This document shows positions 9,665 to 18,435 of a stretch of 32,000 bases of DNA, piece after piece. Origin of the DNA: Longivirga aurantiaca (GTDB taxonomy: Bacteria; Actinomycetota; Actinomycetes; S36-B12; CAIYMF01); NCBI RefSeq assembly GCF_042660085.1, contig NZ_JBHSTI010000002.1:600001-632000 (forward strand), read 5' to 3'. The notes below the pieces were generated by a model that saw nothing but the letters and a program-made list of their open reading frames with translations, had not been told where the DNA came from and searched no databases. A program made the position numbers and the translations under genes. Numbering within the stretch: the stretch's first letter is position 1; every line of letters starts with the position of its first letter.

Positions 9665-10356
9665 GCGCGGCCGCGGCCCGGGCGCCGCGCGTCATCCTCG
9701 CCGAGGACGACCCGCACATCTCGACCCCGCTGCTGCGCGCGCTGCGCCGCGAGGGCTACGACGTGCGCCACGTCGTGGACGGACCCGCCGCGCTCGCCGG
9801 CGGCCTGTCCGGCACGGCCGACCTGCTGCTGCTCGACCTCGGCCTGCCCGGGATGGACGGCCTCGACGTCTGCCGCACGTTGCGGGCGCGGGGCGCCGAC
9901 CTGCCCGTGCTGGTGCTCACCGCCCGCACCGCGGAGCCCGACCTCGTCCTCGGGCTGGACGCGGGCGCTGACGACTACGTGGCCAAGCCGTTCCGGCTGG
10001 CCGAGCTGCTCGCGCGGATCCGCGTGCAGCTGCGGCGCACGGGCGCCGACGGCGACATCGTGACGGTCGGCCGCATCACGGTCGACAACAGCTCGCGGCG
10101 GGTGCTCGTCGACGGGGTGCCGGGCGACGTCGGCCTCACGCCCAAGGAGTACGAGCTCCTGCTCCTGCTCGTGCGCCGCGCAGGCACGGTCGTCAGCCGC
10201 GAGGTGATCATGCGCGAGGTGTGGCGCACCGAGTGGCTCGGTGCGACCAAGACCCTCGACATGCACGTGTCGACCCTGCGCCGCAAGCTCGGCCCAGCCG
10301 GCGCCCAGGTCACGACCGTCCGCGGGGTGGGCCTCCGGCTGGACTCGGAGGCCTGA
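9661..10356 (+). CDS. OmpR-family response regulator
   Basis: The ATG at 9661 overlaps the upstream stop (ATGA at 9661-9664). The receiver domain has LLLLDLGLPGMDG and the winged-helix output domain has LTPKEYELLLLLV...TLDMHVSTLRRKL. Confidence 0.9.
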   Translation: MSAAAARAPRVILAEDDPHISTPLLRALRREGYDVRHVVDGPAALAGGLSGTADLLLLDLGLPGMDGLDVCRTLRARGADLPVLVLTARTAEPDLVLGLDAGADDYVAKPFRLAELLARIRVQLRRTGADGDIVTVGRITVDNSSRRVLVDGVPGDVGLTPKEYELLLLLVRRAGTVVSREVIMREVWRTEWLGATKTLDMHVSTLRRKLGPAGAQVTTVRGVGLRLDSEA

Positions 10357-10357
10357 G

Positions 10358-11710
10358 GTGCGGCGCCGGATCCTGCTGCTCGTGTTCAGCACCACGCTGT
10401 TCGCGCTGACCCTGCTCGGCGTCGTGCTGATGACCGTGATCTGGCAGATGACGACCGGCGCCGCGCAGTCGCGGGCCGACGGTGCGGCGTCGAAGCTGGC
10501 GACCGACGTGCAGGCGAAGGTGGCACTCGGCGTCAGGCCCACGGTCGAGGACCTCGAGCCGTTCGCGGTGAGCAACGGCGCCTACATCGAGGTCGTGGTG
10601 CCGAAGGACCAGCGGTGGGGCCCGGCGTTCGTCCTCAGCGCGGGGGAGCCGTTCGACGGCGCCGGCTTCGTCGGCACGGCCAAGGACGACTCGGTCACCG
10701 CCACGGTCGCGATCTCGACCGCGTCCAAGGTGCAGCAGGTGGTCGGCCAGGGCCTCATCGTGCTGGCGATCTCGCTCGGCGCGCTCGCCGCCGCCATGGC
10801 GGTGGCGTGGTTCTACACCCGTCGGCTCACCCAGCCGTTCGAGGACTTCAAGGAGTTCATCGCCTCGGTCGCGACGGGCGACCGGCGTGGGCTGAAGAAG
10901 CGCTACGGCCTCGCCGAGATCGACATGGTCGCCGAGGTGCTCGACACCGGCGTGAGCCGCTTCGACCAGATGCTCGAGCGCGAGCGCCAGGCGACGCAGG
11001 ACGCCTCGCACCAGCTGAAGTCACCGCTCACCGCGATCTCGATGCGGCTCGAGGAGATCGCGATGACCGACGATCTCGACGTCGCGCACGAGGAGGCCAC
11101 GGTCGCGCTCGCGCAGGTCGAGCGGCTCGCGGGCGTGGTCGACGAGGTGGTGGGCGTGATGCGCGGCCAGCGCTCGTCGATGCCGGTGGAGTTCGCGGTC
11201 GACTCGATGGTGCGCGACCAGGTGCAGGAGTGGCTGCCGGCGTACCGGGCGGCGGGTCGCGACCTGCGGGTCAGCGGACGGGACGGCATCCGGGTGGTGG
11301 CCGAGCCGGGCGCCCAGGCCCAGGCGCTCGCGACCCTGCTGGAGAACTCGCTCGCCCACGGGGCGGGCATCACGACCGTCAGGATCCGGCTGACCTCGGG
11401 CTGGGCCGTGGTCGAGGTGGCCGACGAGGGCGACGGCGTCGCCCCGGAGCTCGAGGGCCAGGTGTTCGACCGCACGGTGAGCGGGGGCGGCTCGTCCGGG
11501 CTCGGCCTCGCCGTGGCGCGCACCCTCGTGAGCGGCGACGGCGGCCGGCTCGAGCTGATCTCGCCGCGGCCGGCGGTGTTCGCGATCTTCCTGCCCGCGC
11601 TGCCCGAGACCGAGCCCCGGGCGGGGGTGGGGCAGGAGCCTCAGGCCGACGTGGCGATCGCAGCCTCGTCGGCGGCCTCGACGTCCTCCGGGAACACCCA
11701 GCGGCGGTAG
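10358..11710 (+). CDS. Sensor histidine kinase (2 TM helices, HAMP, HisKA, HATPase)
   Basis: GTG at 10358 lies 1 nt after the regulator stop, with GGAGG at 10347-10351. The H-box is SHQLKSPLTAI and the ATPase motifs are DEGDGV and GGSSGLGLAVA. The two hydrophobic segments flank a periplasmic region of about 150 aa. Confidence 0.85.
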   Translation: MRRRILLLVFSTTLFALTLLGVVLMTVIWQMTTGAAQSRADGAASKLATDVQAKVALGVRPTVEDLEPFAVSNGAYIEVVVPKDQRWGPAFVLSAGEPFDGAGFVGTAKDDSVTATVAISTASKVQQVVGQGLIVLAISLGALAAAMAVAWFYTRRLTQPFEDFKEFIASVATGDRRGLKKRYGLAEIDMVAEVLDTGVSRFDQMLERERQATQDASHQLKSPLTAISMRLEEIAMTDDLDVAHEEATVALAQVERLAGVVDEVVGVMRGQRSSMPVEFAVDSMVRDQVQEWLPAYRAAGRDLRVSGRDGIRVVAEPGAQAQALATLLENSLAHGAGITTVRIRLTSGWAVVEVADEGDGVAPELEGQVFDRTVSGGGSSGLGLAVARTLVSGDGGRLELISPRPAVFAIFLPALPETEPRAGVGQEPQADVAIAASSAASTSSGNTQRR

Positions 11711-12153
11711 GACCAGAAGCGGAACAGCGTGCCGAGCCCGAGGCCGATCACGTTGGCGCTGATGTTGTCGGCGAGCGCGCTGGTGAAGCCGAGCAGGTAG
11801 TGCGAGATCCAGAGGCAGGCGACCGAGATGGCCATGCCCACGCCGTTGAGCACGAAGAAGAGCAGGTACTCGCGGTGGAAGCTCGTGCGCCCGCGGTGCC
11901 GGAAGGTCCAGTAGCGGTTGCCGAAGTAGGCGAACGTCGTCGCGACCGCAACGCTCACGACCTTGGCCGTGAGGGGCTTGTCGTACATCGGGCCCTCGCC
12001 CCCGGCGAACCGCAGGAGGTTGAACAGGCCGACGTCGATCACGAAGGCGAAGGCGCCGACGACGCCGAACTTCGCGACCTCGTGCCAGAGCTTGTCGACC
12101 TGGTCGATCAGCCCTCGGACGAGACCGCGACGGCTGGGGGTCGTCTCGCTCAC
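11641..12153 (-). CDS. GtrA-family membrane protein
   Basis: The C-terminal 170 aa of track ORF 11641..13023(-) reads KFGVVGAFAFVIDVGLFNLL...NRYWTFRHRG...FRFWSYRRWVF, which are typical GtrA repeats. Start set at GTG 12153. The upstream extension is antisense to the epimerase gene. Confidence 0.8.
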   Translation of the reverse strand: MSETTPSRRGLVRGLIDQVDKLWHEVAKFGVVGAFAFVIDVGLFNLLRFAGGEGPMYDKPLTAKVVSVAVATTFAYFGNRYWTFRHRGRTSFHREYLLFFVLNGVGMAISVACLWISHYLLGFTSALADNISANVIGLGLGTLFRFWSYRRWVFPEDVEAADEAAIATSA

Positions 12154-12259
12154 CGGCTGATGGTACCTGTCGCGCAGGAGGTGCCCGCACTGTGTGAGCG
12201 CTCCCGCTAGCCTCTCCCTGCTCCGCGCACGCGGGGGTTCGGACGCGGCGGAGGACGGC

Positions 12260-13249
12260 GTGAGCGCAGGTCGGAGCGGGTACGACGTCCGGCACGGCAC
12301 CGATCGGGACGTTCCCGGCCTCGCCAGCGTGACGCTCGTCTCGCCCGACGGCGTCGAGGCCGTCTTCGTGCCCGCGGCCGGCATGGTCGGCACCTCGCTC
12401 ACGCTCGACGGCGTGGACGTGCTCGCCCGTCGGGGCGGGATGACGGCGTACCTCGGAAAGGGGTCGACCTTCGGGATCCCGCTGCTCGCCCCCTGGGCCA
12501 ACCGCCTGTCGGCGCCTACGCAGACCGTGGGCGACGCGACCTGGACCGTGGCCGTGGGCGACCCGCGCGTGCACGGCGACGACAACGGGCACCCCATCCA
12601 CGGCCTGCTGGCCGGGGCGGCCGAGTGGGAGGTGGAGCACGCGGGCGCGTCCGACGACGCCGCGGTGCTGCGCGCCCGGCTGCGGTTCGACGAGTCGCTC
12701 GACTGCTTCGCGCAGTTCCCGTTCCGCCACGACCTCGTGGTGACGGTCGAGCTCGCCGGCACGGTGCTGCGGGTGACCACCGAGCTCGACGCAGTGGGGG
12801 AGCGGGCCGTGCCGGTGTCCTTCGGCTGGCACCCGTGGTTCGACTTCCCGGACGTGCCCCGCGCCCAGTGGGAGGTACACGGTCCGCTGCACCGCCGCGC
12901 CACCCTCGACGCCGAGAACATCCCGACCGGCGAGGTCGCCGAGACCCCGCTGCCGGAGGGGGCGCTCGGCGACGCCTTCCTCGACGACGTGTTCCTCGAG
13001 GTGCCCGACGGCACCGAGGTCACCGTCGCGGCCGGCCCGCGGGAGGTGGTCGTGCGCTACGTCCAGGGGTACGACGTGGCCGTCGTGTTCGCGCCGCTCA
13101 TCATCGACACCGTGTGCGTGGAGCCGATGACCGCGCCGACCGACCCGTTCCGCGGCTGGTGGCCGCTGCGCACCTGCGAGCCGGGCGAGGCCGTGACGGC
13201 GGTCTACGAGATCGAGCTCCGACGGCGTCCCACTAGGCTCGGGGAGTGA
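12260..13249 (+). CDS. Aldose 1-epimerase family protein
   Basis: Motifs GIPLLAPWANRL, HPIHGLL and FGWHPWF are present. GTG 12260 is preferred (GGAGG at 12250-12254, 5-nt spacer); the alternative is GTG 12194. Confidence 0.75.
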   Translation: MSAGRSGYDVRHGTDRDVPGLASVTLVSPDGVEAVFVPAAGMVGTSLTLDGVDVLARRGGMTAYLGKGSTFGIPLLAPWANRLSAPTQTVGDATWTVAVGDPRVHGDDNGHPIHGLLAGAAEWEVEHAGASDDAAVLRARLRFDESLDCFAQFPFRHDLVVTVELAGTVLRVTTELDAVGERAVPVSFGWHPWFDFPDVPRAQWEVHGPLHRRATLDAENIPTGEVAETPLPEGALGDAFLDDVFLEVPDGTEVTVAAGPREVVVRYVQGYDVAVVFAPLIIDTVCVEPMTAPTDPFRGWWPLRTCEPGEAVTAVYEIELRRRPTRLGE

Positions 13250-14430
13250 CTTCGTCCGTCGACGCCCACGTCGCGCCCGGGTTCCCCGTCGTGGGTGTGA
13301 TCGGGGGCGGCCAGCTCGCCCGCATGCTGCAGCAGCCTGCCATCGCGCTCGGCGTCGGCCTGCGCGTGCTCGCCACCTCGATGCAGGAGAGCGCGGCCCA
13401 GGCCGTGCGCGACGTGCGGCTCGGCAACCACGACGACCTCGACGACCTGCGCCGGTTCGCGGCCGGGTGCGACGTCATCACGTTCGACCACGAGCACGTG
13501 CCGCCGCTGCTCCTGAAGACGCTCGAGGACGAGGGCGTCGCCGTACGCCCCGGGGGCCGGGCGCTCGTGCACGCGCAGGACAAGATCATCATGCGCGAGG
13601 CGCTCACCGCCGCCGGTGTGCCGTGCCCGCGCTGGGCCGCGATCGACGAGGTCGAGCAGCTCGAGGCGTTCGGCGCCGAGGCCGGGTGGCCCCTGGTTCT
13701 CAAGACCTCGCGCGGCGGGTACGACGGCCGCGGCGTCTGGGTGGTCGGCTCGTACGCCGAGGCGTCCGCGCTCATCGCGTCGACCGCGCTCAACCCGGGC
13801 GCCCGCTGGCTCGCGGAGGAGAAGGTCGACTTCGTGCAGGAGCTGTCGGCGCAGGTCGCCCGCAGCCCGCACGGCCAGGCCGTGGCCTACCCCGTCGTCC
13901 GCACCGTGCAGACCAACGGCATCTGCACCGAGGTCGTCGCGCCGGCTCCCGGCCTCACCGACGACGAGGCTGTCGCCGCGCAGCAGGCCGCGCTCACCGT
14001 GGCCAAGGCGCTCGAGGTGGTCGGCATGCTCGCGGTCGAGATGTTCGAGACCCGCGACGGCCGCGTGCTCGTCAACGAGCTCGCCATGCGCCCGCACAAC
14101 TCCGGCCACTGGTCGATCGACGGCGCGGTGACCTCGCAATTCGAGAACCACCTGCGCGCGGTGCTCGACCTGCCGCTCGGCGACCCGTCCGCGATCGCGC
14201 CGTACGCCGTGATGGTCAACGTGCTCGGCGGCGACAAGGAGGACGGCCTCTACCGCGCCTACCTGCACTGCATGGCGCGCGACCCGGGGCTCAAGATCCA
14301 CATGTACGGCAAGGACGTGCGGCCGGGGCGCAAGCTCGGCCACGTGACCGTCGTCGGGGACGACCTCGACGACCTCCTCGGGCGCGCGCACCACGCCGCC
14401 GGCTACCTCACGGGAGTCATCGATGAGTGA
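13246..14430 (+). CDS. purK: N5-carboxyaminoimidazole ribonucleotide synthase
   Basis: ATP-grasp protein with [45 protein letters not shown] and KLGHVTV. The GTG start overlaps the upstream stop (GTGA at 13246-13249). An internal GTG at 13291 is an alternative start. Confidence 0.92.
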   Translation: MTSSVDAHVAPGFPVVGVIGGGQLARMLQQPAIALGVGLRVLATSMQESAAQAVRDVRLGNHDDLDDLRRFAAGCDVITFDHEHVPPLLLKTLEDEGVAVRPGGRALVHAQDKIIMREALTAAGVPCPRWAAIDEVEQLEAFGAEAGWPLVLKTSRGGYDGRGVWVVGSYAEASALIASTALNPGARWLAEEKVDFVQELSAQVARSPHGQAVAYPVVRTVQTNGICTEVVAPAPGLTDDEAVAAQQAALTVAKALEVVGMLAVEMFETRDGRVLVNELAMRPHNSGHWSIDGAVTSQFENHLRAVLDLPLGDPSAIAPYAVMVNVLGGDKEDGLYRAYLHCMARDPGLKIHMYGKDVRPGRKLGHVTVVGDDLDDLLGRAHHAAGYLTGVIDE

Positions 14431-14956
14431 CGGCCTCACCACCGCGGTCGGCGGAGTGCCGCTCGTCGGCATCGTGATGGGCTCGGACTCCGACTGGCCG
14501 GTCATGAAGGCCGCGGCCGAGGCGCTCGCGGAGTTCGGGGTCGCGCACGAGATCGGCGTGGTCTCCGCGCACCGCATGCCCGAGGAGATGGTCGAGTACG
14601 GCCGCACCGCGATCGACCGCGGCCTGCGCGTGATCATCGCGGGCGCCGGCGGCGCCGCGCACCTGCCCGGCATGCTCGCCTCGCTCACGCCCCTGCCGGT
14701 GATCGGCGTGCCGGTGCCGCTCGCGAACCTCGACGGCATGGACTCGCTGCTCTCGATCGTGCAGATGCCCGCCGGCGTGCCCGTTGCGACCGTGGCGATC
14801 GGCAACGCGCGCAACGCGGGGCTCCTCGCCGTACGCATGCTCGCGGCTGGCGACGACGAGCGCGGCGCCGTGCTGCGTCAGCGCATGGCAGCCTTCCAGG
14901 CCCAGCTCAACCAGAGCGCGAAGGACAAGGGCGCCACCCTCCGCCAATCCCTGTAG
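14423..14956 (+). CDS. purE: N5-carboxyaminoimidazole ribonucleotide mutase
   Basis: Motifs [36 protein letters not shown] and GVPV are present. It overlaps purK by 8 nt, with GGGAG 6 nt upstream of the ATG. Confidence 0.95.
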   Translation: MSDGLTTAVGGVPLVGIVMGSDSDWPVMKAAAEALAEFGVAHEIGVVSAHRMPEEMVEYGRTAIDRGLRVIIAGAGGAAHLPGMLASLTPLPVIGVPVPLANLDGMDSLLSIVQMPAGVPVATVAIGNARNAGLLAVRMLAAGDDERGAVLRQRMAAFQAQLNQSAKDKGATLRQSL

Positions 14957-14961
14957 GGCTC

Positions 14962-15023
14962 CGAGTTACTGCCCAAATGGACGCTGAAGCGCTGCCTTCA
15001 ACGAACATTTGGGCAGTAACTCG
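14962..15023. terminator. Bidirectional hairpin: 18-bp perfect inverted repeat with a 26-nt loop
   Basis: CGAGTTACTGCCCAAATG (14962-14979) is the exact reverse complement of CATTTGGGCAGTAACTCG (15006-15023). The structure fills the 73-bp gap between convergent purE and the CoA-binding gene. The stem is only 9/18 G+C in a very GC-rich genome, and there is no U-tract. Confidence 0.55.
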
Positions 15024-15029
15024 CGGACT

Positions 15030-15464
15030 TCAGAGGGTGAGGCGGCGGTACTCGATGACGGGGCAGCGGTTCATGACGACGTCGAGGCCGGCATCGCGGG
15101 CGCGGCGGGCTGCGGCCTCGTCGATCACGTCGAGCTGCAGCCACACCGCCTTGGCGCCCACGGCGATCGCGGCGTCGACCACCTCGCCGACGCGGCGGGA
15201 GTTCACGAAGCAGTCGACGACGTCGATCGGTCCCAGCGAGAACGACGCGTCCTCGACCGTCGCGTAGCCCTGCTCGCCGTGCACGGTCTGCGCGCGCGGG
15301 TGCACCGGCACGATCCGCTTGCCGTGCGACTGCAGCACGCGGGCCACGCCGTACGCCGCCCGCTCAGCGTTCTGCGACAGCCCGGCCACGACCCAGATGT
15401 CGGTGTCGCGCAGCAGCCGCTCGGCCGTCGCATCGTCGCCGTACAGGTCGGGGTCGGGGCTCAC
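15030..15464 (-). CDS. CoA-binding domain protein (YccU/CoA_binding_2 type)
   Basis: 144 aa with IWVVAGLSQNAERAAYGVARVL, IVPVHPR and GAKAVWLQLDV. The GTG start lies 1 nt after the ugd stop, suggesting an operon. Confidence 0.85.
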   Translation of the reverse strand: MSPDPDLYGDDATAERLLRDTDIWVVAGLSQNAERAAYGVARVLQSHGKRIVPVHPRAQTVHGEQGYATVEDASFSLGPIDVVDCFVNSRRVGEVVDAAIAVGAKAVWLQLDVIDEAAARRARDAGLDVVMNRCPVIEYRRLTL

Positions 15465-15465
15465 C

Positions 15466-16815
15466 TCATCCGCCGACGCGCGGGCGTCCGAGCGCCTTGA
15501 CGTCCCAGCCGGCGGCGACCCAGCGGTCGACGTCGAGCGCGTTGCGGCCCTCGAGCAGCTTCTTGCCGGCGACGAGGGCGCCGATCTCGGCAGGGTCGAG
15601 CTCGCGGTACTCGCGCCACTCGGTGAGGTGCAGCACGACGTCGGCGCCGGCGAGGGCCTCGCGCACGTCGTCGCAGTACTGCGGGCCCGGGCGGGTGCGG
15701 CGCGCGTTGTCGAGCGCCTTCGGGTCGTGCACGCGGACGTCGGCGCCCATCTCGTGCAGCGTGCCGGCGACGTCGAGCGCGGGCGAGTCGCGGATGTCGT
15801 CGCTGTCGGGCTTGAACGCGGCGCCGAGCACGGCGATCCTCTTGCCGGTGACGTCGCCGTCGAGCAGCTCGGTGGCGACGTCGACCGCGCGCTTGCGGCG
15901 GCGCAGGTTGATCGAGTCGACCTCCGAGAGGAACGCCAGTGCCTGGTCGACTCCGAGCTCCTCGGCGCGGGCCATGAAGCCGCGCAGGTCCTTGGGCAGG
16001 CAGCCGCCGCCGAAGCCGACGCCGGCCTGCAGGAAGCGGCGTCCGATGCGTGCGTCGTGGCCGATCGCGTCGGCGAGCGCCACGACGTCGGCGCCGGTGG
16101 CCTCGCACAGCTCGGCCATCGCGTTGATGAAGGAGATCTTGGTGGCGAGGAACGCGTTGGCGGCGTTCTTCACGAGCTGCGCGGTCGCGAGGTCGACGAC
16201 GACCCAGGGCATGCCCTGCTCGAGGATCGGGCCGTAGACCGTCGCGAGCTCCGCGGCGTCGGCGGGGTCGTCGACGCCGACCACCAGGCGGTCGGGGGAG
16301 AGGGTGTCCTTGACCGCGAAGCCCTCGCGCAGGAACTCGGGGTTCCACGCGAGGCGTACGGCGTCGCCCGCCGGGGCGAGCTCGCGAAGCGTGTCGCGCA
16401 CCCACTCGGCGGTGCCGACCGGCACGGTCGACTTGCCGAGGACGAGCGCCGGCTCGGTGAGCAGCGGCGCGAGGTTCTCGACGGCCGAGCGCACGTAGAC
16501 GAGGTCGGCGGCGTTGGAGTCCTTGCGCTGCGGCGTGCCGACGCACAGGAAGATGACGTCGCCGTTGTCGGCGGCCTCCTGGTACGACGTCGTGAAGCGC
16601 AGGCGACCGGTGGCCAGGGTGCGCTCGAGCAGGTCGTCGAGGCCGGGCTCGTAGAACGGGGTGTGCCCGGTGTTGAGCAGCGCCACCTTCGCCTCGTCGA
16701 CGTCGAAGCCGACCACGTCGTGGCCGATCTCCGCCATCGCTGCCGCATGCACCGCCCCCAGGTAGCCGCAGCCGACGACGGTCACACGACGGGGCACGAA
16801 CTCGTTCGACGTCAT
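15466..16815 (-). CDS. ugd: UDP-glucose 6-dehydrogenase
   Basis: 449 aa with the Rossmann motif VTVVGCGYLGAVHAA. The catalytic region reads GFGGGCLPKD, followed by AFKPDSDDIRDSPAL. Confidence 0.9.
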   Translation of the reverse strand: MTSNEFVPRRVTVVGCGYLGAVHAAAMAEIGHDVVGFDVDEAKVALLNTGHTPFYEPGLDDLLERTLATGRLRFTTSYQEAADNGDVIFLCVGTPQRKDSNAADLVYVRSAVENLAPLLTEPALVLGKSTVPVGTAEWVRDTLRELAPAGDAVRLAWNPEFLREGFAVKDTLSPDRLVVGVDDPADAAELATVYGPILEQGMPWVVVDLATAQLVKNAANAFLATKISFINAMAELCEATGADVVALADAIGHDARIGRRFLQAGVGFGGGCLPKDLRGFMARAEELGVDQALAFLSEVDSINLRRRKRAVDVATELLDGDVTGKRIAVLGAAFKPDSDDIRDSPALDVAGTLHEMGADVRVHDPKALDNARRTRPGPQYCDDVREALAGADVVLHLTEWREYRELDPAEIGALVAGKKLLEGRNALDVDRWVAAGWDVKALGRPRVGG

Positions 16816-16936
16816 CCCTCGACCCTATCCGGGCAGGCGTGTCGAGGGTGTTTCACCCGCACCCGATCGGGGCTCGAGGCCCCGCGCGCGGCGGGGGTTA
16901 CCGGTCGTTAACATCGGGAGCACCGTACGAGAGAAG

Positions 16937-18115
16937 GTGGCCACCATGGCCGGCAGCAGCGATTTCGACCTGTACCGCCCGCGCGAGGAGCACGACCTGC
17001 TCCGCGAGGCGATCCGGGCACTGGCGACCGACAAGATCGCGCCCCGCGCAGCGGAGATCGACGAGACCCACGAGTTCCCGCACGACGTGCTGGCCGCGCT
17101 GACGGCGTCGGACTTCCACGCGATCCATGTGCCGGAGGAGTACGGCGGCGCCGGTGGCGACGCGCTCGCCGCGTGCATCGTGATCGAGGAGGTCGCACGC
17201 GTCTGCGCGTCGTCGTCCCTCATCCCGGCGGTCAACAAGCTCGGCTCGATGCCCCTGATCCTGGCCGGGTCCGAGGAGATCAAGCAGGCCTACCTGCCGA
17301 GGCTGGCGCGCGGCGAGGGCATGTTCTCCTACGCGCTGTCCGAGCCCGGTGCTGGCTCCGACGCCGGCGGCATGACCACCAAGGCCGTGCGCGACGGCGA
17401 CGACTGGGTGCTCGACGGCGCCAAGCGCTGGATCACCAACGCCGGCGTCTCGGAGTACTACACCGTGATGGTGCTGACCGATCCGGAGAAGCGGACCCAC
17501 GGCGGCATCACGGCGTTCGTGGTGGAGAAGGGCGACGAGGGATTCTCCTTCGGCGCTCCCGAGCGCAAGCTCGGCATCCAGGGCAGCCCCACCCGCGAGC
17601 TCTACTTCGACAACGTGCGCATCCCCGACTCCCGCCGCATCGGCGAGGTCGGGGAGGGCTTCGCGATCGCGATGCAGACCCTCGACCACACGCGCGTGAC
17701 CATCGGCGCGCAGGCAGTCGGGATCGCGCAGGGCGCGCTCGACGCGGCCGCGGCGTACGCCAAGGAGCGCAGCCAGTTCGGCAAGGCGATCGCGGAGTTC
17801 CAGGGCATCCAGTTCATGCTCGCCGACATGGCCATGAAGCTCGAGGCCGCCCGCCAGCTCGTGTACGTCGCTGCCGCCAAGAGCGAGCGCAACGACGCCG
17901 ACCTCACGTTCTTCGGCGCTGCCGCCAAGTGCTTCGCGTCGGACGCCGCGATGGAGATCACCACCGACGCCGTGCAGGTGCTCGGCGGCTACGGCTACGT
18001 GAAGGACTACCCCGTCGAGCGCATGATGCGCGACGCCAAGATCACCCAGATCTACGAAGGCACGAACCAGGTTCAAAGGATCGTGATGGCCAGGAAGCTG
18101 CTCGAGCAGTACTGA
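16937..18115 (+). CDS. Acyl-CoA dehydrogenase (FadE25-like)
   Basis: 392 aa with YALSEPGAGSDAGGM, RWITNAG, GEGFAIAMQTLDHTRVTIGAQAVGIAQGAL and a C-terminal RDAKITQIYEGTNQVQR. It is co-linear with mycobacterial FadE25 as I recall it. ATG 16946 (GAAGGTGG, 5-nt spacer) is an alternative start. Confidence 0.92.
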   Translation: MATMAGSSDFDLYRPREEHDLLREAIRALATDKIAPRAAEIDETHEFPHDVLAALTASDFHAIHVPEEYGGAGGDALAACIVIEEVARVCASSSLIPAVNKLGSMPLILAGSEEIKQAYLPRLARGEGMFSYALSEPGAGSDAGGMTTKAVRDGDDWVLDGAKRWITNAGVSEYYTVMVLTDPEKRTHGGITAFVVEKGDEGFSFGAPERKLGIQGSPTRELYFDNVRIPDSRRIGEVGEGFAIAMQTLDHTRVTIGAQAVGIAQGALDAAAAYAKERSQFGKAIAEFQGIQFMLADMAMKLEAARQLVYVAAAKSERNDADLTFFGAAAKCFASDAAMEITTDAVQVLGGYGYVKDYPVERMMRDAKITQIYEGTNQVQRIVMARKLLEQY

Positions 18116-18128
18116 CCTGAGCGGTCAG
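18112..18128. terminator. Short hairpin CTGACC-tgagc-GGTCAG embedding both convergent stop codons
   Basis: A 6-bp stem covers TGA 18113-18115 (plus gene) and TCA 18125-18127 (minus gene). This is weak on its own. Confidence 0.25.
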
Positions 18129-18337
18129 AGCCGTCCGCCGGTCGACCACCTGCGTCGCCACGGCACGTCCGGGTTCGGGGCGACGACGAGGGTCTCCAGC
18201 GCGCCGGCCGGCCACCGAGCCTCGGTGCCGGTCCAGTCGAGCAGCTCGTGCTCGACCGAGTCGTCGAGCGGCTGGCCGGCGTCGTCGAACCCGGGCACGG
18301 CGGGGCTGCGCACGATCCCGACCATGCGAGCCGCCAT
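18125..18337 (-). CDS. Small hypothetical protein (66-70 aa)
   Basis: The ORF has strong G/C preference at third codon positions and an ordinary amino-acid composition (MAARMVGIVRSPAVPGFDDAGQPLDDSVEHELLDW...). No family recognised. The start is ATG 18337 or ATG 18325. Confidence 0.45.
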   Translation of the reverse strand: MAARMVGIVRSPAVPGFDDAGQPLDDSVEHELLDWTGTEARWPAGALETLVVAPNPDVPWRRRWSTGGRL

Positions 18338-18348
18338 CTCCGCAGCAT

Positions 18349-18364
18349 GGCACCGGCCGGTGCC
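18349..18364. promoter_or_regulatory. Perfect 16-bp palindrome GGCACCGGCCGGTGCC in a divergent intergenic region
   Basis: The sequence is its own reverse complement. It lies between the small minus-strand ORF (start 18337) and the lipoprotein gene (start 18436). Confidence 0.25.
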
Positions 18365-18435
18365 CTCGGGCGCGTCGACGGCGGATGTCGCCCGTTCGGG
18401 GACACTGCGACGGCAGACGGGGCCATGATCTGCCC

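Noticed and set aside
14962-15023. Miniature transposable element or insertion-sequence end at the purE downstream inverted repeat.
   Set aside because: No transposase, no visible target-site duplication flanking the repeats, and only one copy in the window. A bidirectional terminator is the simpler explanation. The alternative is left as a check in the findings.
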